64,000 nucleotides of DNA from Candidatus Fermentibacterota bacterium. GTDB lineage: Bacteria; Fermentibacterota; Fermentibacteria; Fermentibacterales; JCC-6. Where the stretch lies: assembly GCA_963845085.1 (NCBI GenBank), contig CAWJQI010000004.1:256001-320000 (forward strand). The letters are read 5' to 3'. Numbering within the stretch: position 1 is the stretch's first letter; every line of letters begins with the position of its first letter. The notes under the pieces are model-generated. The model ran no database searches. It worked only from the letters and a program-made list of their open reading frames with translations, and had not been told where the DNA came from. Positions 20,137 through 28,477 of this stretch are shown here, one piece after another. A program made the translations under genes and the position numbers.

Positions 20137-21134
20137 TCAACGCAAAACAGAGAAGTCCGCAGACTGCCTCCAGCCCGCGCCCGAGACAAGCAGATGATAA
20201 GCACCGGATGGCAGCCCATCAACGACCACGGTACAACCGCCGGCTTCGAACACGCCGTCCTGCATGAACACGGTTCGGCCAGCGGTGTCGAACACCTCGA
20301 CCGCCACCCGTTCTTCACCACCGAGCGTGAACATGACATCGACAGCACCCATGGAGGGGTTGGGAGTCACTCTCAATTCGGAACGCAGCGGGATTAGCGT
20401 GCCTTCCTCGATTGCTCCCATGTCCATGCAGTATCGGTTGATGACCCCGAGGACGGGATCGCTGAAGTAGAACCGGTTGTTCTCGGCTTGCCGCCCCAAC
20501 CCCCACTGCGCCAGCGAATTCGACCATTATAAAGCACCTCGTAGGCATCGGGTTCGTAGTACATCCTCACCGGCGAGACCGGATCGTTGCACGCCACGGG
20601 GTAGAACATGTCTCCGTATCTCGGAGCGGAGATGTCGTGCACCTCGGGGCAGTTCAATAACGCGATCCGCTCGACCGGGTCACTGGTACCCAGTGGCAAA
20701 TCAATGCTGTAGATGACGTTGGCAGCGGAGTCGATGAAGTACAGACGCCAAGTTCCGCCCCAGTAATACTCGTCCAGCCCCGTAATGCTTGCGATGCCAA
20801 AGCCGGAATAGTCCCATGTGCCGGCCGGCTGGCCGCCCGTCGTCATCGCATGCACAACGGCCGTGCCGCTCTCGGCGAAGTACAGGGTGTCATCCGAGAG
20901 TGCGAGCCCGACAGCCTTCTTTTCCATCGTCGGCAGCTGAACCGTGCCCAGAAGAGCTCCGGTATGGTAGTTAACGGCGTAGACCATGCAATCAAGCGAA
21001 TCAACGGCATAGACTGTTTGGCCTTCGCACGCAAGGCCGGTGATGTGATCAGAGGGCGCGGGGAAGCTCCATTCGATCGCCTGGCTGAATGCGGTACAGG
21101 CAAGAAGGATGATGAGCAAAGCTGAAAGTCTCAT
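20137..21134 (-). pseudogene. Secreted beta-propeller protein with T9SS type-A-like C-terminal domain, frameshifted near 20490-20525 (true pseudogene or sequencing error)
   Basis: Signal peptide MRLSALLIILLACTAFS after AGGAGG. The reading continues across three frames: ...EVLYNG / EFAGAVGVG / AENNRFYFSDP...LRVTPNPS...VEVFDTAGRTV...LPSGAYHLLV. Confidence 0.7.
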
Positions 21135-21256
21135 TATCATACCTCCTGACATATATTAAGACACCTGTTAGAATATATTAAGTGAGCTGACGGAACGCAA
21201 TCGGGGGCTTTACATTCCCTACCTTTCATGTATGTATTGCGGGAAAGGAGGTTCCC

Positions 21257-21877
21257 ATGAAATCACTCGCGGGAACGTTGCTGCTCTGTACCGGTCTATG
21301 CTGGGCAGCGGTGATAGTCGGATCACCCGAGACCCCCTCGATGGACCCTTTCTGCGCGTCTTGAGGAAGCCAGATGCGCTATCAGGTGATGGCGCTCTCT
21401 TCCGAGATGGACGGAGCCATGACGATCGGTTCGATAGCATGGCAGAGGGGCGGATCAGCCGGTTCAACCACCGGCTACTACAACAGCTTCAAGCTCTATG
21501 TGGGCGTCGCCTCGACTGACGAGCTCACAACAACCTTCGAGGACAACTACGTCCCCGGCACCAGGACCCTGGTTTACGAAACAGCATCGCAGACCATGAC
21601 CGCCGGACCCGATGAGTGGATGACGATCAACCTCGACACCCCCTTCTGGTACAACGGCACGGATAACCTTGTGGTTGAGCTTGTGTGGATCGGCGGCTCC
21701 AACATGTTCTACACGTACAAGTGGAATGCCGGTTCGAATCGCGCGCTCGAGAACGGCGACGACATCACCTCCCCCACGGGCACGCTCAGCCAGAGCATGT
21801 CCGAACTCGCTTTCGACGGTCCCCTGAGCCTGACCAGGTACAGTTTCGGAGCCATCAAGGCGTTCTGGGCGGAGTAG
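21257..21877 (+). CDS. Putative secreted selenoprotein, 206 aa, Sec at codon 36 in a CxxU motif
   Basis: AAAGGAGG RBS, then ATG 21257: MKSLAGTLLLCTGLCWAAVIVGSPETPSMDPFCAS-TGA(21362-21364)-GSQMRYQ..., in frame with the 21374..21877 ORF. A SECIS-like hairpin follows the TGA. Confidence 0.8.
21365..21403 (+). promoter_or_regulatory. Bacterial SECIS-like stem-loop
   Basis: GGAAG-cc-AGA-u-GCGCUAUC-[AGGU]-GAUGGCGC-UCU-CUUCC: 16 bp by manual pairing, a bulged U, and an apical AGGU loop at +20 to +23 after the UGA. Confidence 0.75.
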
Positions 21878-21918
21878 GACAAGACCGAGCCGTGCATCGG
21901 TTACGGCCCCGATCAGAC

Positions 21919-21952
21919 AGAAGGGGTGGGGAAAAATCCCACCCCTTCTTTG
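21919..21952 (+). terminator. Intrinsic terminator of the candidate selenoprotein gene
   Basis: AGAAGGGGTGGG-gaaaaat-CCCACCCCTTCT followed by TT. Confidence 0.75.
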
Positions 21953-22033
21953 ATCCATCCCTGACGGGAACTTTCAGTCAAAGTGGAAAACTGATTGGAC
22001 GGAAGTTCCTAAAACGAGGGAGAAGCGCTCCGA

Positions 22034-23614
22034 TCAGGCTTTCATCGGTGAGCCGACGATGCTTTCCTTCGCCCTGTCCAGCTTGCGGGCAAACGGGCTT
22101 CGCCTGAAGTTCGACGCCCACTGTCTCGATATCATCCAGCCGCCGAACCGGAGGAGGTCGTTCCTCCATATCCTGTGCCACCTGGACCAGCTCATCCGCA
22201 CGTTCCAGAGCGGGAGCAGCATCGCAGGGAAGATCAGGATGTTCCTTCCGATGGAGAAAAGGCGGCTGAACCGGTAGAAACGGCTGGTTATGGTTCTGAT
22301 GGCCCACTGCATGTCCTCGGGCGCCATCGGGGCATCGGGCATGAAGAGGGGGAAGTTGCCGTCGTAGTATTCCCAGCCCACATGGTCCAGCGAGAACACC
22401 CGGTTCTCGAGTGACAGACGCCTTGTGAGCCCGGTACCCGGAAGCGTGACAGGAAGAAGGATCTGAACAGTGTCTATCCTGCTGCGGCGGATGAACTTCT
22501 CGAAACAGCGAACCCTCTCCGCCGTGGGCACCTGCACTTCGACGCCTGCCGGCAGCGGGTAGCCAAAAATGAACATGCCGTGTACGCGAAAGCCCGCCCT
22601 GTGGTAGAGGTCGGTCAGTTTGACCATCTCGTCGGGGCGGATCCTTTTGTCCATGGCTTCGAGCTCTTCCGGAATGGGCGACTCGTAGCCGATGCAGACA
22701 GTGTTCACCCCCGCGCTTCTCATGGCCTCGAGCATCCCCCTGTCGCCCGCATGGTCAAGCCTGATCTGAACCGTGATGTCCAGCCGGATGCCCACGGCCT
22801 TCTGGAAGTCGGCAAGGATGCTGCAGAGGCGCATGGTCTCCCTGCGGAACTGCCCGAAGAGGTCGTCGACTATGAAAAACCTGCGGGCTCCGTGAACTTC
22901 CGTCAGAACGGCTATCTGCTCTACTACACGTTCGACCGAGGATGCCCTCGGCTTTCCCTTGACCGTGCAGAACTCGCAGTTCATGCCGCAGCCGCGTATC
23001 CAGGATACAGGAAACAGCCTGACCCGGGCGTAACGCAGAAGGCTGAAATCGGGAAGCGGCAGGGCGTCGAACTCGGTTATGGGAGGCCGCTCGCGGGTAC
23101 TGACCAGGTTTCCGTCACGGATGAAGGAAATCCCGTCAACCCCCGCAGGGTCACCCCCCTCTGCGATAACGGTAAGAAGCTCCCGGATGGCGAAGTCGCC
23201 CTCCCCTCGAACTATGTAGTCGATGCCCGCTTCAAGGGCTGCGGGGATGGTCTCTTCCGTGAAGTGCTGACCGCCCGCCACGGTTACGGCGCCCGTCTTC
23301 CTGTAGAACTGCGCGAGCTTCACAAGCCTCGGTATCGTGCTGCTGAGACCGCCGTACAACCCAACAACATCGGCACGCCTTATGTTCTGAAGGGTGCTGT
23401 GATCGGGAAGGCCACCGGCGTCCCTCGGCCCCATGCCGCGGTAGTTGTTCTCGTCGATAACCTCGGCGTGCCAACCCGGGGTGCGGTCCGCTACGGTGGC
23501 GATGCTGAGCGGCCCGAGGGCCGTGGTCTGCCTGGCCACCCTCGAGTAGATGTTGAACGCCGGATAAGCCGGCGCGATCATTCTGAACCTGCGGTCGTGC
23601 GTGAATGGTTCCAA
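22034..23614 (-). CDS. B12-binding domain radical SAM protein
   Basis: AGGQHFT and IVRGEGD B12-binding region; CxxxCxxC RGCGMNCEFC; FIVDDLF, IGYES and HGMFIFG. The start may be 23581. Confidence 0.9.
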   Translation of the reverse strand: MEPFTHDRRFRMIAPAYPAFNIYSRVARQTTALGPLSIATVADRTPGWHAEVIDENNYRGMGPRDAGGLPDHSTLQNIRRADVVGLYGGLSSTIPRLVKLAQFYRKTGAVTVAGGQHFTEETIPAALEAGIDYIVRGEGDFAIRELLTVIAEGGDPAGVDGISFIRDGNLVSTRERPPITEFDALPLPDFSLLRYARVRLFPVSWIRGCGMNCEFCTVKGKPRASSVERVVEQIAVLTEVHGARRFFIVDDLFGQFRRETMRLCSILADFQKAVGIRLDITVQIRLDHAGDRGMLEAMRSAGVNTVCIGYESPIPEELEAMDKRIRPDEMVKLTDLYHRAGFRVHGMFIFGYPLPAGVEVQVPTAERVRCFEKFIRRSRIDTVQILLPVTLPGTGLTRRLSLENRVFSLDHVGWEYYDGNFPLFMPDAPMAPEDMQWAIRTITSRFYRFSRLFSIGRNILIFPAMLLPLWNVRMSWSRWHRIWRNDLLRFGGWMISRQWASNFRRSPFARKLDRAKESIVGSPMKA

Positions 23615-23950
23615 GAAATGCTGCCTTTCGATGGGCCTGCCGGTGCGCTGTTGAAGCTGCCGGTGTGATGTTTAGCATATAACCCATGAGTTCCGGTATG
23701 TCAATAATGAATGGATGTAAATATTATATTACAGGATATTCATATGCTTATTAAAATAATCAATGTTTTTACTTGTCAGTGATGGTATGTCTGAAATGAA
23801 GTTGCTTTCGCCCGTTTTCCATGTTGTTCTCATCGATTATCGCTTCATTTCGTGGCATGCCGTGTACCCGGGCTTAGCCGACCGGCAGTGCCATCAGGAA
23901 TGCAGGAAGTGTTGAGCGGAACGGGCCGGTCCGCTACCGGGAGCGAATGG

Positions 23951-24502
23951 TCACAGGCCGGTTGAAACGGCTGCAGCCGCTGCGATCACACTGAGAATCA
24001 GTGCGAGAAGGGCCGGTATCAGGCTCCCCTTCCCGAGGAAGGCTTCGTCCGGTTTTGCGGGGTTGTAGATGACCGTCACCGGGGCGCCCAGGGGGTATTT
24101 TTCAATAAGCCTGTTCCATGTTCCCTCGAACGATGAGGAACGGTGCTCGAAGCCGGGACGAATAGAACCGCTTGCATACTCCCGCCCGTCCACCAGGTAT
24201 GTGAACAGAACGGCGGGTTTGTAGATGATGCTCTCACCGTCGTCAATCCTTGCAACCTCGGAACGGGTAACTGCACCCTGTGTCTGCGGCCACCTGCCCA
24301 TTCTCAGCCTGAGCAGAAGCTCCCTTATGAAAAGGGCCGCGCCCACTGTCGTCACACCGAGCAGCGCATGAGGAACCACATCCCTCTGAAGCACCGGCAG
24401 CCTGTCGCTCAGGCGGCCGAAAAGCACCGCCGCGACGACCATGCCCATGATCACGAGGATGTTCCATGGTTTCACAACTGCCCGCCTGCGCTGCTCCATC
24501 AT
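23951..24502 (-). CDS. DUF3592-like membrane protein
   Basis: TM helices flanking WPQTQGAV...YKPAVLFTYLVDGREY...YPLGAPVTVIYNPAKPDEA. Confidence 0.75.
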   Translation of the reverse strand: MMEQRRRAVVKPWNILVIMGMVVAAVLFGRLSDRLPVLQRDVVPHALLGVTTVGAALFIRELLLRLRMGRWPQTQGAVTRSEVARIDDGESIIYKPAVLFTYLVDGREYASGSIRPGFEHRSSSFEGTWNRLIEKYPLGAPVTVIYNPAKPDEAFLGKGSLIPALLALILSVIAAAAAVSTGL

Positions 24503-24566
24503 ATTGTCCCTTCTGGGCTTCCCCTCTGCAGAACATTCAAGGGAGCATCCCGGTCCGCCAAAAGCA

Positions 24567-26392
24567 TTACCTCACCACAACTACCCGGGCATCGGCAGCG
24601 AAACCCGCACCCGAGGCACGCACGAGATATACACCCGATGGAGTTTCGAAGGCGTTCCACCGGAGCAGATTCTCTCCGGAATCAAGAACACCCCGGTGCA
24701 ACTCTTCCACCAGACGGCCGTCCAGTCCGTATACCGAGACGATGCAGTCAACGGGTTCCGGAAGGCTCAGGTGAACGACTGCTGTTGTGGTTGCAGGGCT
24801 GGGGCTGACACTGAGCCGGAGTGCAGGCTCCTCCTCTATCCCCAGTGGATCGTAGGTCACAGTGACCGAGTTGAGCTGGGGGGAGACTGAGGGATTGTCG
24901 CTGAGCATCGTCACCCGGTACTGCAGGTAGCTCTCGCCGTCGGCAAGGTATGTGGACAGGTCAGCAGGGGCGTAGAGCAATGCACTCCACTCCCCGAGGT
25001 TCCCGGGATCATCGGAACCCCTCACCTGGAAGCAGAGCTGGGTCTCGGCGGGAACAGAAGCATCCCAGGAAAGCTCTCCCCACGAAGCGTCGTTCACGTA
25101 CAGAATGTCGCTGTTGAGCCAGCCCGAAGAACAGAAGTCCTCACCAAGACGCCACCAGTAGAGGTCGGGATGCTTGTCACCGTAGAAGCTGCACACAAAG
25201 TCTTCCACCCCGTTGCCGTCGAAGTCGCCAGGGGCGACAAGACCACCGGCGCTTTCGGAATCGAGACCGTTTGAGAACGGGTACTCCATGAGAACCCTCT
25301 GGACGAACCTCTCCTGTGGGCTCCGGGTATTCTCGAACATCCCCACGCTGTTCTCTCCCCGGTAGATGATGTCCATGTCGCCGTCGCTGTCGTAGTCGAT
25401 GGATGCCAGGCCGTAGACGTTGTCATTGGTCTCCAGGTTGTAGTAGGGGTAGAACTCGGGTCCCTTGTACCAGCGGATGCGGCCGTAGTCGTAGCTCTGT
25501 CCCCCAGCCATCAAATCAGCAGTTCCGTCGGTATCAAGATCAACGAAGCTGGGAAACACTCTGAAGTATTTATGCAGGGTGGAGATACTACTTTATAGGC
25601 GTACCAGCCGGAAGGACCATCTCTCAAGAATGTAGACCATGCTCGCTGGTTCCTGCGACAAGCATGACAGCGACAGAAAGATACCCGTCGCCTGTGATGT
25701 AGGCTGCAGCCATTTCTGGACCACTGTAGCCTCCAGCTACTTCATGGATATACAGAACAGACTTAGTCCAGGTAAGTCCGCCTCCAAGGTTCCTGTAGAA
25801 AAGAAGTCTCGCACTGTCATTTACATAATCATTTAGCATGCTAATAATATCATTTTTGCCATCTCCATCCAAGTCCACAACAACACCCGAAACAGGATCG
25901 ATCTGTCTCCACCAGTCTTCTCTGCCATTCCTGGTTGGGGTCGTTCGGGTTCTCCCACCAGAAGAGAGAGTCTGCTCCTCCGACTGCATCATCAAGACCA
26001 TCACCATTCAAGATCGCCTGCGAAGATCGTCACGATGCTGTCGGCGGAACCAACGAACTGGCTTGGCCACAGGTACGGATTACCATTGAGATGGATACGC
26101 CCAAATGGACTGTCCGAAGGCACATGAGCAGATCTGTGTAAGTCATCGCCATTGATGTGTGCGTGCTCTGAGAAGGAACGTCGCCATTATCAGACACCTT
26201 TGCCGATTCCAGCGCCGCACCCAGAGTCAAAGCTCCCTGAGCCTGCCATCCCATGCCGGAGCAGGAGCCGAAGTCCGATCCCCAGTCTGTTGTTGTGACT
26301 TCTCCCGAGGGGCCGCCGCTCCAGTCGGTCTGAACCATCGATGCCGCAAGAACCATGCCGGTTGTCAGAAGAACAAGCGCTGCGCTTTTCAT
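24567..26392 (-). pseudogene. FG-GAP/VCBS repeat secreted protein with T9SS-like C-terminal domain; N-terminal half broken by several indels and stops
   Basis: Signal peptide plus QTDWSGG at 26392. FG-GAP repeats (DLDGDGKND, DLDTDGTAD, DYDSDGDMD, GDFDGNGVED) are spread over different frames between about 25560 and 26170. The 3' part is intact and ends VYGLDGRLV...PSGVYLVRA. Confidence 0.75.
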
Positions 26393-26595
26393 GCCGCTAC
26401 CTCCCCCCGTCCAGAAGGACGAGCTTCTCTATGAACAATGGTGTGTTTTCATCCGAAAGAACAGTGAAGTGAATTCCTGCGGGATGAGCGAAGGAGGAGA
26501 GTTAAGGACAATTATCGCAGGAACCTGCTCAGCACGCCAAATATCCGGCAATACAGGGGAGGTTCACCGGCTTACCTGCCTGGAAGTCCGGGCGT

Positions 26596-26611
26596 GCAAC
26601 ATTCCGTTACA
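26596..26611 (+). promoter_or_regulatory. Direct-repeat operator candidate GCAACA-N4-GTTACA
   Basis: 13 of 16 bases match the motif at 33349-33364 (minus strand); about 70 nt upstream of a DUF2141-like gene. Confidence 0.45.
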
Positions 26612-26681
26612 TGTGGTTCACATCCCGTGCAAATCGCTCCGGCAGAGTACCAACGGGTCATCAACCAAAGGAGTGTATGAA

Positions 26682-27254
26682 ATGACCACCATTTTTACGC
26701 TGTTCATGGTGCTCGCCTCGGAACAGGCCGGAACCTCCGGGATCGTCAGGGTTACGGTGGAGGGTTTCAACTCGAGGGAGGGTCGGCTTGTTGCTTTTCT
26801 CTTTCAGGAGGAGGCGGGATTGCCCCCTTCCGTGGATGAGATATTCGCCGGCAGTTCGGCCGTCATCGCCGACAGTGCTTTGACCGTATCGTTCATGGGC
26901 GTTCCTGACGGAGAGTATGCACTGTTGGCCTTCCAGGACCTGAACGGCAACGGGATGCCCGACATCGGGGCATCCTCAGGTCTCTCGGAACCTTTTTGCT
27001 ACTCGCGCTCCGGATGCACGGAGACACCGCCCTTCGGACCCGGCGAGGGCGCCGGGCCGATCCCGGGAGAACGTCCCGGAAACCGTTCGGGCGAGATTGT
27101 CTTCGACATGATCTCGTTCCGGCATGAGGGGGATGAAACCCTTGTGGAATTGACCCTGTCGGAGGGAAGACGGCCGGCGGACAGGCCCGATGGCGCTCCT
27201 GAAGGTGCACCCGGGGGAGGCCCCGGCGGAATGCCGGGAGGGGGCTTTCGTTAG
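26682..27254 (+). CDS. DUF2141-like secreted protein with Gly/Pro-rich tail
   Basis: AAGGAG RBS; start MTTIFTLF; G.YALLAFQDLNGNG motif; tail GAPGGGPGGMPGGGFR. Confidence 0.7.
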   Translation: MTTIFTLFMVLASEQAGTSGIVRVTVEGFNSREGRLVAFLFQEEAGLPPSVDEIFAGSSAVIADSALTVSFMGVPDGEYALLAFQDLNGNGMPDIGASSGLSEPFCYSRSGCTETPPFGPGEGAGPIPGERPGNRSGEIVFDMISFRHEGDETLVELTLSEGRRPADRPDGAPEGAPGGGPGGMPGGGFR

Positions 27255-28477
27255 GAGTGGGCAAGAGCGGTAACAGGTTCCATGGCGGAAGCCCTGGCGG
27301 CGGGAAACAGGCCCGCCGCCACACCAACGACCGCGCTGGTGAGGAAGGCGATGATAATGCTCAGCGGCTCGATCCCGGCCGGAACCCCGGTGAATGCTGA
27401 AATGATGCGCGCCAGCCAGATCCCCGCGAAAATGCCTCCAAACCCGCCGACAATTGAGAGGACCGCCGATTCGGTTATGAACTGGCCCAGGATCTGGGGT
27501 TTTCCGGCGCCAAGGGCCTTTCTCAAGCCGATCTCCCTTGTCCTCTGGGTCACACTCACCAGCATGATGTTCGCAATTCCGACCGAGCCGATCAGAAGCG
27601 AGAGGCCGGACAGCCCCAGAAGCCCGATGAAAAGCCACTTCGAAACATCAGAGAATCCCTCCTGGAGCTGGCTCGGCGTCATGATGTCGAAATTGTTGTC
27701 ATCCTCAACGCCGAGGCCCCGAAGCTGCCTCATGCATGTTTCCACAACGGTGGTCATGCTGTCGAGCGCTGCGGGGTCACTTATCTCAACCATGAGGGAG
27801 AGGTTTTGTCCAAGGTTTCCCCACCTGCGGAACACGGTCCAGGGGATGACCACCACGTTGTCCTGCTCTGCTCCCATCATCTGACCCTCGTCGGTCAGGG
27901 TACCGATCACCATGAGGCTTACACCCTGGGCTTCAATCCTGCGCCCCACTGCCGATTCCCCTTCGAACAGCCTTTCCGAAACCCCCGTTCCCAGAATGCA
28001 CACATCCTGCCCCACGGCGATCTCGTACTCCGTGAGGAACCTTCCTTCGGAGAGGTTTCGATGGCCTGCATCAAGCCACCCCTCCGAGGTGCCGAGAAGG
28101 CTGACGCTCATCTCCACGCCGTCGGTTGTCTTCACGGTGGAAACGGTCCGGGCCAGAGGAACCACTGCGCTCACGCCCTGAATCGCCTCCAGTGCGTCTG
28201 CGTAGCCGGTCTCCAACTCGGGCCGGCTTTCCTGCAACCTGCCCATACCGCCCCCCATTGCCGGTCCGGCTGTCCGCTGGATGTAGATCGTGCCGGTTCC
28301 CATGCTCTCGAACGAATCCTCGACCTCGGCGCTGAAGCCCTGCAAAAGGCTTGTGACGGCCGTCATGGCGGCAATCCCTATCGCCACTCCGAGCATCGTC
28401 AGAAAGCTTCTCATCCTGTTCGCGCCGAGTGCTCCGAAGGCGGTCGTGATGTGCTGCAGCAGCAGGCGGCTATTCAT
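27251..28477 (-). CDS. MacB/FtsX-family ABC permease
   Basis: RSFLTMLGVAIG, GIANIMLVSVTQRTREIGLRKALGA and FPAARAS; start MNSRLL. Confidence 0.93.
   Translation of the reverse strand: MNSRLLLQHITTAFGALGANRMRSFLTMLGVAIGIAAMTAVTSLLQGFSAEVEDSFESMGTGTIYIQRTAGPAMGGGMGRLQESRPELETGYADALEAIQGVSAVVPLARTVSTVKTTDGVEMSVSLLGTSEGWLDAGHRNLSEGRFLTEYEIAVGQDVCILGTGVSERLFEGESAVGRRIEAQGVSLMVIGTLTDEGQMMGAEQDNVVVIPWTVFRRWGNLGQNLSLMVEISDPAALDSMTTVVETCMRQLRGLGVEDDNNFDIMTPSQLQEGFSDVSKWLFIGLLGLSGLSLLIGSVGIANIMLVSVTQRTREIGLRKALGAGKPQILGQFITESAVLSIVGGFGGIFAGIWLARIISAFTGVPAGIEPLSIIIAFLTSAVVGVAAGLFPAARASAMEPVTALAHS

Noticed and set aside
21362..21364. Genome-wide UGA reassignment (Trp or Gly) as the explanation for the in-frame TGA
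   Set aside because: Many genes here end in TGA at the expected C-terminus (13445-13447, 15607-15609, several ATGA overlaps), and Trp is encoded by TGG.
25560..26392. Diversity-generating retroelement target
   Set aside because: There is no reverse transcriptase or template/variable repeat pair in the window, and the damage is mainly indels, not adenine-specific substitutions.
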